Positions 44,785 to 53,583 of a DNA stretch of 61,173 bases are shown here, one piece after another. Every line of letters begins with the position of its first letter. The first letter of the stretch is position 1. The notes under the pieces are model-generated. The model ran no database searches. It was not told where the DNA came from and saw nothing but the letters and a program-made list of their open reading frames with translations. A program made the translations under genes and the position numbers. The DNA comes from a virus. Lineage: Duplodnaviria > Caudoviricetes. The DNA lies in the IMG/VR virus record IMGVR_UViG_3300030372_004731, positions 1-61,173 of that record; one strand, given 5' to 3'.

Positions 44785-45696
44785 TTAACTTGATCCAGAT
44801 GAACCAAATACACATCTAGGGTCTGAGAATCCAAAAGAATATCTCTCTCTAGCTTTGTATCTGACGTTTCCAGTATCAAAATCGCCTTCCATTGCAGTTC
44901 TTAATGGTGATCTGACAAAATGTTTAAAGCCATTAGGTGTGTCTGTAATGATAAAGAAAGCATTAGTATCATTTAAGAAATGATTTACTCTGTAGCCTTC
45001 AGGTATCATGTTCATTGCATTAATAGCGTTAATGTCATTGTCAGCAGTTCCAACTCTTAATGGAGATTTTAAGATTCTCTCAGCAGTGAATTGTAATTCT
45101 TTTGGAATTATCAATTTTCTACCTTGAATAGCGATTCTTAATCCTCTCTCATCAATGAAAGCAGCAATTTTAATAAGTGCGTCTTCTAATGAAGTCTCAC
45201 TTAAGTCTGCTTGAGTTGTGAAAGTGTTCACCAGGTCAGTACCTGAAACAGTTGGGTGGGCTGTGCTGCATAAAACAACACCGTCACCACCAAGTTGAGA
45301 AGTACTGAATGCACTGTTAAGTACTTCAGCTCCTTTAACCTGTTTGGTATTAGCCATTGAACGTGCTAACGCTTTTGCGTAACGATTGCCGAGTCTGTCA
45401 TAAAGATTGTCCTCGATTGCTTCCTCAGTGATAGAGAATGCTAGTGCAACTGTTTGGTGAGTGTATCTTGCAGTGAACGCTTCTTTTGCGTCATCGAAAG
45501 TCACCGATGCACCTTCAGCTTTAGTAGCTGCGCTACCAAATCCTGAAAGCATTACTTCTTCTTCGAAAGCTCTGTCAGATGTTTCTGTTTGAAAAATCTC
45601 TGCAGCTTCGTTGTCGTACCTGTCGTACTCTAGTCCAAACAATGCATTCAGACCAGGTTCTAGTTCTTTAACTAGCTGTGCTCGTGATATAGCCAT
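44785..45696 (-). CDS. Major capsid protein (Mu gpT-like, HK97 fold)
   Basis: MAISRAQL.KELEPGLNALFGLEY...SDRAFEEEV...GDFDTGNVRYKARERYSFG.SDPR. Confidence 0.92.
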   Translation of the reverse strand: MAISRAQLVKELEPGLNALFGLEYDRYDNEAAEIFQTETSDRAFEEEVMLSGFGSAATKAEGASVTFDDAKEAFTARYTHQTVALAFSITEEAIEDNLYDRLGNRYAKALARSMANTKQVKGAEVLNSAFSTSQLGGDGVVLCSTAHPTVSGTDLVNTFTTQADLSETSLEDALIKIAAFIDERGLRIAIQGRKLIIPKELQFTAERILKSPLRVGTADNDINAINAMNMIPEGYRVNHFLNDTNAFFIITDTPNGFKHFVRSPLRTAMEGDFDTGNVRYKARERYSFGFSDPRCVFGSSGSS

Positions 45697-45708
45697 ATTA
45701 TGCTCCTA

Positions 45709-46290
45709 TTATGTTTGTCCAACAGTACCAGACTTGTACGAATGTGCGTTGATTACAACTAATACGTTTACTCCAGATGAAGCAGTCGTATCAGAGTTAT
45801 CCGGGTCTTGCGATATATCAACAGCTTTCAAAACGAAAGTTGAAGATGAATCTGCAGTAGCCACATCAAGACTCTCTCTACCTTGACCAGATAATGTATC
45901 ACCAGTTGTAGCATTTATTTTGTAATTAGCAAATAAATGAGAAACAGTGAAAGTTGCGTCTGCGTTTATTTCAAACACAACATCTGGGCCATCGATAACT
46001 TGAGCCATGATATCATTTGCAGATATCGAAGCAGGATAATAGTTTTTCCAAGTCGGCTTTTGAGTTGTAGGATCAGTGTAGAATACTCCATTGAATACAC
46101 CAACAACCGGATTATCAGTAGCACCTGCTCTTTGGATTGTTCCATTAAGCGAAGTCATTACTAAGTCACCTTGATATATCGCAGTTCCATAATTCTTTAG
46201 AATACGATATCTGTTTTGTGCACCATTGTATGGAGAACCATCTAACTGTCTAGCAGCTCTTAAACCGAAATTTCCTGTATCGTTTGCCAT
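45709..46290 (-). CDS. Capsid decoration/structural protein
   Basis: MAN....FGLR...IYQGD.V...GVFNG..YTDP; precedes the MCP gene. Confidence 0.75.
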   Translation of the reverse strand: MANDTGNFGLRAARQLDGSPYNGAQNRYRILKNYGTAIYQGDLVMTSLNGTIQRAGATDNPVVGVFNGVFYTDPTTQKPTWKNYYPASISANDIMAQVIDGPDVVFEINADATFTVSHLFANYKINATTGDTLSGQGRESLDVATADSSSTFVLKAVDISQDPDNSDTTASSGVNVLVVINAHSYKSGTVGQT

Positions 46291-46349
46291 GTCGTAGTCC
46301 TCTACTTAGTTAGTTAATGTTAATTTACTCAGTAGTGATAGCAAAAAAA

Positions 46350-46823
46350 TTATTTTTTCGAACCACCACCAAAGGTCACCCTTGACTGCCTTTCAATATT
46401 GATTGGCATCTCAGGTCGCTGCTCCTTCATAAGATCATTATCAACCGCTTGTATTTGATCGCGAGTTTTTGTCTCGAAATACTCTTTCCGCGATTGCATG
46501 ACCTCTTCCGGTATCCTTGCAAGCAAATGGCCACCAACCCCGATGATCCCTTTATTCTTACCTTCCTGAATTGTTGGGTAGTCATGTGGACCGATTTCTT
46601 TTACTATGTCCTCGGCTCTGACAAATTCCCAACCTTCCCTTAAAGCTTTAGAGACGTTTGCTGAATCCATGAAACCCATGGTTTCTGCTCTTATCCATCT
46701 CTGAACATAGCCTGAAGGTGCAGGCGGAGCATCTAAACTTGATGGTGGAGTCCAATCTGTTTTTCTTTTAACTTTTTCACGCATCTCAGACTCGCGCGAT
46801 GACGTTGTATTATTTTTTTTCAT
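46350..46823 (-). CDS. Conserved head-module protein
   Basis: W.PPSSLDAPPAP.G...RWIR...REGWEFVRA. Confidence 0.75.
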   Translation of the reverse strand: MKKNNTTSSRESEMREKVKRKTDWTPPSSLDAPPAPSGYVQRWIRAETMGFMDSANVSKALREGWEFVRAEDIVKEIGPHDYPTIQEGKNKGIIGVGGHLLARIPEEVMQSRKEYFETKTRDQIQAVDNDLMKEQRPEMPINIERQSRVTFGGGSKK

Positions 46824-46831
46824 AATATCTC

Positions 46832-47794
46832 CTATTTAACGTATTTCGCGTATTCCTCTAGTGGCACCCCTAATTTTTTAGCTATTGCTACTTGTGATTT
46901 GGTGAGTCTCACGGTTTTGCGTCCACCTTGGTTACGCACAGCAGGTGCAACGGTTTGGACGGGCTTCCTTTGCTCCTGAGGTTGATTAAACTTATTAGGA
47001 AAATAATTCCTAATTCGCTTATCTAGTTGGTTATAATACTCATCTGAGTCTCCTGCAACCCCACTTTTCAATAAATTCTTGTGGATCGCTATAGCAGCAT
47101 CGTGCATAACATCGTCCTCATGAAACCAAGGGTTATTATCAGCCCATTCTTGAGCTTTAATACTTGGTCCTTGTGGTTGAAGGGTACTATTTTGAGGTGG
47201 AATCATTTCGGCTGCTGGTTGTTTAGCCTCTTGTTCCTTCAAAAACTTAGTTTGAGATAGCCTTTCTTTTTCAATAGCTAACTGAGTAAGTCTTTGATTC
47301 GCATCAACAATTGATTTTGCATCTTGTCCTTCGATTGCTTTTTGCAATAAAGAATTAGCTGCAACCTCATCTGTTTGAAGTCGTTTTTCAAATTCATTTA
47401 AGTAGTTTTCCTCCATTTTAGGATACTGACTTTGGAATTTGTTAATTTCTGATTTTAAACCTTGAGCATATTGTAAAGCAGCATCTGCTCTTCTGTCTGC
47501 TTCACGTCTTTGTCGAGTAAGTTTATTTATTCTTTTTTGAACAGAGTCAGAAGCTTTATTTAAATCAAAACCATCATCTTCTTCAGTTTTAAATTTAGAT
47601 TCAGTGACAACATCAATAGGTGTTTGATCTCTATTAATTTCTGCACCTTCTTGTTCTACTTCTTCTTTTTGTAAACTAACCTCTTTTTCTTCAGGTTCAA
47701 TTTTTGCTGGTTCAACTTGAATATTTTGAGCTTTTACATCATCTGTATCTAAGTCTACTTCAACATCTCCTTTATTTATTTGTGTTTGTGCCAT
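46832..47794 (-). CDS. Scaffolding protein
   Basis: Acidic coiled coil; VQKRI.KLT, W...NPWF, C-terminal VRLT.SQVAIAKKLGVPLEEYAK. Confidence 0.8.
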   Translation of the reverse strand: MAQTQINKGDVEVDLDTDDVKAQNIQVEPAKIEPEEKEVSLQKEEVEQEGAEINRDQTPIDVVTESKFKTEEDDGFDLNKASDSVQKRINKLTRQRREADRRADAALQYAQGLKSEINKFQSQYPKMEENYLNEFEKRLQTDEVAANSLLQKAIEGQDAKSIVDANQRLTQLAIEKERLSQTKFLKEQEAKQPAAEMIPPQNSTLQPQGPSIKAQEWADNNPWFHEDDVMHDAAIAIHKNLLKSGVAGDSDEYYNQLDKRIRNYFPNKFNQPQEQRKPVQTVAPAVRNQGGRKTVRLTKSQVAIAKKLGVPLEEYAKYVK

Positions 47795-47803
47795 ATTTAT
47801 CTC

Positions 47804-48256
47804 CTAGTATAAATGCAGTATATCCTCTGGATTACTGATAGTTGCGATGATTTCATCATCGTTTAGTATTCGGACTTCAGCACCTTCTATTTTAAAACGA
47901 GAACCAGCATATCTTCCAAAGATTACCCACTCTCCTTGCTTGCACCAGGGACCAGTTGGAAATCTCCAACTATCTCTGTAAGCTAAGGGTCCAACTTTAA
48001 GTACATATGCACATACAGTTGTCATTTGAATTGTTTCTTGAGTTTTGTCAGATAAAATAATTCCACCTTTAGTCTTTTTAGGACCACTGTATGGTAAAAC
48101 TAAAATTCTATATCCTGTAGGCTGAGGAAGTCTATCAATAGACTTCTTATCAATTGCTGTAGGATCTAAATATAGTTTTTTTACTTCTTCTTCTGATTTG
48201 TACGCATTAAGCAAGCCTTCATTATGCTTCGGTACTTCCTTGGTCTGTGTCTTCAT
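47804..48256 (-). CDS. groES: GroES-like co-chaperonin
   Basis: P.GYRILV...KTKGGIIL...V..VG...GEWVIFGRYAG...RILNDDEIIA. Confidence 0.9.
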   Translation of the reverse strand: MKTQTKEVPKHNEGLLNAYKSEEEVKKLYLDPTAIDKKSIDRLPQPTGYRILVLPYSGPKKTKGGIILSDKTQETIQMTTVCAYVLKVGPLAYRDSWRFPTGPWCKQGEWVIFGRYAGSRFKIEGAEVRILNDDEIIATISNPEDILHLY

Positions 48257-48452
48257 TTGGCTCCTGTTTCTTCAGCAGGTCTTGTAAGTCCCTGTGCAGA
48301 TCTTCATTCGATCTGATTTGTCCTATTATATACTTATACTCGTCAAACGTGTCAACACCTAATTTTATCTTCTGTGTGAGAGCTTCTATTCTCGGTTTTA
48401 ACAGTTTATTTTGAATAAATTTGATTGTATGGTAATCCACTAGCACTTCCAT
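48222..48452 (-). CDS. Hypothetical protein
   Basis: GV..FDEYKY..GQI pattern, upstream of groES. Confidence 0.7.
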   Translation of the reverse strand: MEVLVDYHTIKFIQNKLLKPRIEALTQKIKLGVDTFDEYKYIIGQIRSNEDLHRDLQDLLKKQEPNEDTDQGSTEA

Positions 48453-48718
48453 CTTCTACGTGCTTGACGTATTCTAGAATTAGGATCATTTCTAGTTTTA
48501 GCTGAGGATCTTTTTAGTTGACCAGCACTTCTAGCACAATAAGACTTACGTCTATTAGCAGCTTTTGAACCTGCTTTTACTTTTCCTGTTACAGCTGTTT
48601 TTAATTTAGAACCAGGATTTGCTCTTCTGTAAGCAGCAACACCGGCTCGTGTCATACCTGCACCAGATTTAGTAGGTCTGTAATTTTTTTTACTTCGAGA
48701 AATCGCTGTTTCAACCAT
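48440..48718 (-). CDS. Basic conserved phage protein (DUF6321-like)
   Basis: GMT.AG.AAY...NPGSKLK...RRKSYCARS...DPNSR..QARRRWKC. Confidence 0.8.
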   Translation of the reverse strand: MVETAISRSKKNYRPTKSGAGMTRAGVAAYRRANPGSKLKTAVTGKVKAGSKAANRRKSYCARSAGQLKRSSAKTRNDPNSRIRQARRRWKC

Positions 48719-48867
48719 TATTTTTTTTTAGCGGTTTTTGCAGATCTTCTAAATTGTGCTGCAGTAGGAGCACCTTTACTTCCTGGTTTTCTCATTTTTT
48801 CTTTAGAACCCGCTTTTATTCTTTTTCTTTTCGCATGTATATTTGCGTATAATCCTGGTTTTGCCAT
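48718..48867 (-). CDS. 49-aa basic protein (not in ORF track)
   Basis: MAKPGLYANIHAKRKRIKAGSKEKMRKPGSKGAPTAAQFRRSAKTAKKK; TAATG overlaps at both ends. Confidence 0.8.
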   Translation of the reverse strand: MAKPGLYANIHAKRKRIKAGSKEKMRKPGSKGAPTAAQFRRSAKTAKKK

Positions 48868-49466
48868 TATTTCATTCCTTTTAAAAGTCCTTTATAATAT
48901 TTTCTGTAAGATGGATTGGACAATTTTTTTCCATCTACAGTTCCTGATATATAACTACCATGATAAGGTTCCATAAGGTGAGGATTATGTTTTTTGTGTT
49001 TTGGTTTTTTCGCTAGACCACCAGCTTGTTTCTTTTTTTGTGAGTCCCAAGGAATATGTATTGGACGAACAGGTCCATTTTTTTTAGCACTTCCACCTTT
49101 TTTCTTGCCGATCCACCCTTCTACATAACCCAAAGCTTTCTTTCCCAATTTTTGTATTTTTTCTTTATGCTCTTTAGCTTTTTCCTTTCCTTTCAAATAA
49201 GAAGGTGATTTTCCTGTAAGAGCTTCTTTCCCTTTTTTTTGTTTTTCAAGTGTTATTTGAAGCGCTTTCCATTCAGATTTGCTTAAAGGCAAATCTGCTA
49301 GTTCATATGCTGTATTACGTCCTGTAGCGTGTCTTTTTCTTATTGTTCCACCTTCAGCTTTTTTCTTAGGCTGTGGTTTACTTCCGTAAGTATCTGTCCA
49401 ATCTTTTGCAATCTTAGGATGATTCTTCCATAAATATCTACGTTGTTTTTCTGATCTGAATGGCAT
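48867..49466 (-). CDS. Basic protein with KxGG repeats
   Basis: MPFRSEKQRRYLW N-terminus; KAEGG, KKKGG, KQAGG. Confidence 0.75.
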   Translation of the reverse strand: MPFRSEKQRRYLWKNHPKIAKDWTDTYGSKPQPKKKAEGGTIRKRHATGRNTAYELADLPLSKSEWKALQITLEKQKKGKEALTGKSPSYLKGKEKAKEHKEKIQKLGKKALGYVEGWIGKKKGGSAKKNGPVRPIHIPWDSQKKKQAGGLAKKPKHKKHNPHLMEPYHGSYISGTVDGKKLSNPSYRKYYKGLLKGMK

Positions 49467-49855
49467 TATTTTTTACCTCCGCCGTTCCTGAAGATTTGAG
49501 TTCCCTTAATACCAAAAACGCTCGCCACGACAAGAATCCAGAGATTTGTAAACCATTTCGGCAAAGATTGAAAGTGCTCAAAGAAAATATTTATCTTATC
49601 CATAGCTGCCGGATCGTCCGACCAGACCCCATATGCGAGCACCAAAATTGGCAGGGTCAAAATCGCAAGGACCACCTCGTCTTTGTAGTCGTTTTGACGA
49701 GCTTCTAATAATTTTCCTTGGTAAGATTCTTCGCCACGCGCTTGTCGTTCAGCATGCATCAATTGTGCATCTGACATAGCCATCTTCGTCTTCTGCTTGT
49801 TAGCGTAAATTTTACTTCCCGCGTTTATTGCTAGTTTAATTGCGCTTAACCACAT
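49466..49855 (-). CDS. Holin (3TM-holin-like)
   Basis: YKDE.VL...LP hydrophobic helices, LP.W...L...V.ASVFGIKG, basic C-terminus. Confidence 0.65.
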   Translation of the reverse strand: MWLSAIKLAINAGSKIYANKQKTKMAMSDAQLMHAERQARGEESYQGKLLEARQNDYKDEVVLAILTLPILVLAYGVWSDDPAAMDKINIFFEHFQSLPKWFTNLWILVVASVFGIKGTQIFRNGGGKK

Positions 49856-50204
49856 ATTTAAACTCCTTAATTAAAAAATTTGCTTTTTCTTTTCTTCTTA
49901 TACTAAGATATTTCTTAATAACTTTCAATATATCTATTGCACTGGCTCCTCTGACTCTCCAACGATACGAAGTTTTCCAATGTTTTTGTCTTGGAGGGAA
50001 TTCATTAACGTGCCCTACTTTAAAATACTTTTTTAATGCTAAAATAACATCTTTATCAGTCATTTCGCATGAAATTGTAGGGTAATAATTTTTGCCTCTG
50101 TTTTTTTCTTTAAAAAAACTACCTTCACCATCTAAAATACCGGCAAAATAAGCTAAATTATTTAACCCCGACAAATTTAACCCCTCTTCCTGGTTGAACA
50201 GCAC
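49836..50204 (-). mobile_element. Free-standing single-motif LAGLIDADG homing endonuclease (likely TTG start near 50174)
   Basis: LAYFAGILDGEGSF, MTDKDVI..L...F.VG, Y.W.V.G..A..IL..I..YL..R. Confidence 0.85.
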
Positions 50205-50985
50205 CTACTCCACGTATTCCATCTTCTCTAAAAGGACATTTTCCATGAGGATTAGGTCCTTTTTTAGGAGGAGGTCCATATCTTTTACCACCAGATAAAC
50301 CACCTTTTTTCATATTAGCTAGTTTTTCTAAAGTTTGTGCTTGAGATGCATGAGCTTTAGAAGCTTTTTTTAATTTACTGGCTACTTTTAAAATTCCACC
50401 TTTTTTCATTGGCAAAGCTCTGTGAGTGCTTGCATCCATTGGTTTTTGAAAATCAAAACCCATGTAATAAGGTTTATAAGGTGCTGTTACGGATTTAGGT
50501 TTTGTAGGCGTGGCACTTCCGCAAGGAGGAGGTGTTCCATCAGGACATGTCATTACATTATTGCCCCTACCACCGCTTGTAGGTGTTGTTTTACCATAAC
50601 CAGCTTCTTTTAAATATTTTTTTCCAAGTGGAGAATTAGGTTGTAGAGGTTTTTTGTTAGCTCTATAGTAATCTCTATATAATCCTTCTTTTCTAGCAAA
50701 TTTTTGTCTGCTTTTATAAGCATGTTTTGCTCCCATATTACCTAAAATAGTTAAGGGACCTATTGTAGGAAAAGGATTTTTAAAAGGCACATCTTTATAA
50801 TCAGGAGAACCGTTACCCGTACCACCGGTACCACCGGTAGTAACAGTATTGTTACCATTGCCTCCTGTATTAGTACTAGTATTTACAGGTGTAGAATGCG
50901 AATAACCTGTATCTGTATGTGGATTAGGTCTTCCTGAAGGAGTTCCAGTTGGTCCTTTACTATGTGGTCCGTAATCTTTTGCCAT
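50158..50985 (-). CDS. Gly/Pro/Lys-rich virion-associated protein with MKKGG motifs
   Basis: MKKGGIL, MKKGGLS, GPPPKKGPNP; C-terminal RG.GA...G..F.GVK. Confidence 0.7.
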   Translation of the reverse strand: MAKDYGPHSKGPTGTPSGRPNPHTDTGYSHSTPVNTSTNTGGNGNNTVTTGGTGGTGNGSPDYKDVPFKNPFPTIGPLTILGNMGAKHAYKSRQKFARKEGLYRDYYRANKKPLQPNSPLGKKYLKEAGYGKTTPTSGGRGNNVMTCPDGTPPPCGSATPTKPKSVTAPYKPYYMGFDFQKPMDASTHRALPMKKGGILKVASKLKKASKAHASQAQTLEKLANMKKGGLSGGKRYGPPPKKGPNPHGKCPFREDGIRGVGAVQPGRGVKFVGVK

Positions 50986-53333
50986 TATTTATCTCCCTTT
51001 TGTTTGACCTGCTCCCTTTGAAGTTTTAATTTACCACGTTGAATTTCTTCTGCCAAGTCTAGTTTGTCTTCTGCAATATTTTGTTGTGCTTGGAATTTAT
51101 TAGTTTCTACGTCTAGTCTTTCAGCAGTTTCTTGTGCTTTACGTTGAATGTCCTGTGCTTTTAAATCTAATTCTCTTTGTTTTAACATTACTAATGGGTC
51201 TTGATTCATTTGTCCTAAGAATTGCATTTCTTGATTTACTAATTCATTAGTTAATAATACAACTTGATCAGCTACTGCTGCTGCATATTGAATTTCAAAT
51301 TCTTCTGGATTAGATTGTGCTAAAGCCACTAATTCAGGTTGTTGAGAAAATGCTTCAGAAACTTGTTGTTTAGCTTTTAAACTAACGTGTTCAGAAATAT
51401 GTCCCTGTAATAAAGCATACACTTGAGGATTAGATTGAACCATTCTAGTTTTAATAAATGCCATATGTGCATTCATATGAGCGTCATGATTCTGTTCAGG
51501 AAATGCTTTTGGTAATTGCATTTGTAAGGCAGCTGTATTTTCTGATGCTGGATCAATAGGTTTAGGTGGTTCTGGCTCTGGCTGTAATAACCCATCTATA
51601 TTTCTTACTCCTAAAGCTTCGTACATTCTTCGATACGCTTCATACATATTATGAATTTGTGGATTAGCTTGAGCTAATTGTAACTCTGTTTGAGCTAAAG
51701 TAACTCTTTGTGACATAGAAAATATATTGGGATCAGCTACAGGAACTACATCTACTCTATCGTCAAAATCCTGTACTTTAATAGTTCTAGTTCCACCTAC
51801 TACATTATAAGGATATTCTGGTGGTAAATATTCTGCAAATATTCGTGACATTATTCTAAATTCTTCTTTCATAGAATAATAAGCACGTTTATGAATAGCT
51901 GACATTACTCTTGATCCTCTTTCAAGTAATGCAACAGTAGTACCTACAGCTGCTTGTTGATTACCATCTCCAACTTGTAAATCAGCAATTGCTGCAAATC
52001 TTCTTCCTGCGTCTACACAAAAACCTAAAAGAGAAAATAAAGTTTGACTTGGTTCTTTGAAAGGAAGTAATTGAAATTGATCTCTAATATTTCCTCCAGG
52101 AGCATCTACATCTCTAAACTCTCCTGGTTGAAGAGGTTCCGCATCATCTCTTACTCTCAATCCTCTTGATTTAAATCCTGCTGGTAGATTAACTAAAGTA
52201 CCTGCATCTAATAACTGTCTTAACGCACCAGTTGCTGCTTTAGATAATCCACCAATCATATGAATAAGGCCAAAGCCATAAAAGCCTAAGCCTGGGAGAA
52301 ACTTATAATGAACAAAATGTTGTATTCTTTTTTTAGTTGGATCATCAGGTTTAAAATTTCTATATATAGATAAAATAGTCATACTATCTTGATCCATAGT
52401 CACAACGTAAGGAATTTTAACTCCATCTTCACTTTCATATCCTGGTAAATCTAAATCAACATGCATTTCTACAAAATTATATAGCTCTTGATATTTTTGA
52501 GGAGTTACTCCTTCAAGTTCTTGATATTTTTTTCTTGCTCTATCTTCACTAAAAAAAGGTTCTGGTAATTCTACGTCTCTGTAAAACCCTGAAGCTTGTC
52601 TTTTTTTAATTTGATTTTTAGTTACTCTTTGTACTTCTGAAATTCTTTCTGCTTCATAAAGATCAGATGCATTATAAGGAACAACTAAATCTTCTGCATG
52701 AATAAAAGTAGCTTTACATCTTTGAGCTGCTGGATCGTAATAAACTTTTTTAAAAGTAGAACCTGCTAAAGGTAAAAAAAATAACATTTGATCCATCTCA
52801 GGAGTGTACTCTTCCATTACATCCGTAATTTGATAGTTCATATAATCTTTTACACGATTAGCTTGTTTTATAGTCTCGGCGGTTTCTTTACCCACCACTT
52901 GACATCTTACTGGTCCTTCAGATGGTAAAAGTTCTTTAAAAGCTTGAGCTTGAAATTGTGTAGCTGCTTCAGCTAACAATGGATGAGTTACACCCGATGC
53001 TCCAATAAAAGGTCTAGTTACATCTTGATATTTAAAACCAAGAAGATCTAATCCTTTTGTATAAGTTTCAATGTAAGATTTTCTTGCTAATGAATCATCT
53101 TTAAAATCTGCTAAAAGTTTAGATGCAAGAGGTTTTAAATCTTGATCGCTTAAAAATTCTGCTAAGTTTGCATAAAAATCTTCTTGAGGTAATTCAGGAG
53201 CTGGTTCACCAGATAAAACATTACCAGCTTCATCTTCAATTACATCAATGTCCTCATTAAGAGAACCTGTAGGAGTTTCTACTTCTAAATCTTCTTGTTC
53301 TTCTACTTCTACTAAGTTTTTTGGATCTGCCAT
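50985..53333 (-). CDS. Portal protein
   Basis: F.ANLAE, GLDLLG, PF.GASGVTHPLLAEAATQFQAQA, LPLAGSTFKKVYYD, PGLGFYGFGLIH. Confidence 0.92.
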   Translation of the reverse strand: MADPKNLVEVEEQEDLEVETPTGSLNEDIDVIEDEAGNVLSGEPAPELPQEDFYANLAEFLSDQDLKPLASKLLADFKDDSLARKSYIETYTKGLDLLGFKYQDVTRPFIGASGVTHPLLAEAATQFQAQAFKELLPSEGPVRCQVVGKETAETIKQANRVKDYMNYQITDVMEEYTPEMDQMLFFLPLAGSTFKKVYYDPAAQRCKATFIHAEDLVVPYNASDLYEAERISEVQRVTKNQIKKRQASGFYRDVELPEPFFSEDRARKKYQELEGVTPQKYQELYNFVEMHVDLDLPGYESEDGVKIPYVVTMDQDSMTILSIYRNFKPDDPTKKRIQHFVHYKFLPGLGFYGFGLIHMIGGLSKAATGALRQLLDAGTLVNLPAGFKSRGLRVRDDAEPLQPGEFRDVDAPGGNIRDQFQLLPFKEPSQTLFSLLGFCVDAGRRFAAIADLQVGDGNQQAAVGTTVALLERGSRVMSAIHKRAYYSMKEEFRIMSRIFAEYLPPEYPYNVVGGTRTIKVQDFDDRVDVVPVADPNIFSMSQRVTLAQTELQLAQANPQIHNMYEAYRRMYEALGVRNIDGLLQPEPEPPKPIDPASENTAALQMQLPKAFPEQNHDAHMNAHMAFIKTRMVQSNPQVYALLQGHISEHVSLKAKQQVSEAFSQQPELVALAQSNPEEFEIQYAAAVADQVVLLTNELVNQEMQFLGQMNQDPLVMLKQRELDLKAQDIQRKAQETAERLDVETNKFQAQQNIAEDKLDLAEEIQRGKLKLQREQVKQKGDK

Positions 53334-53581
53334 TATTTTTTACCCCACTTAGTAATTCCCCAACCTTTTTTAGGTTTAATAGGTTTAGGTTTTAAAACTT
53401 TACCTTTATATGTTGGCTTAGGACGTATAACTGTTGCATATCCTCCTTTACCAAAACCACTCAATCGCTTAGCCACCTTTCTGAGTTGAGGAACAGCTCG
53501 TGCTGTTCTTGCACTCATCATAGGTTTAGTTTTACCTTTCATTTGTGCTTGCTGCAAGTGTAATTTAGCTAAGTTTTTCAT
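53333..53581 (-). CDS. Small basic protein with FGKGG motif
   Basis: Lys-rich; coupled to the portal gene. Confidence 0.7.
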   Translation of the reverse strand: MKNLAKLHLQQAQMKGKTKPMMSARTARAVPQLRKVAKRLSGFGKGGYATVIRPKPTYKGKVLKPKPIKPKKGWGITKWGKK

Positions 53582-53583
53582 AA

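Noticed and set aside
49836-50204. Group I intron or intein around the LAGLIDADG ORF
   Set aside because: Flanking genes are intact and overlap the ORF; there is no non-coding space and no intein splice motifs
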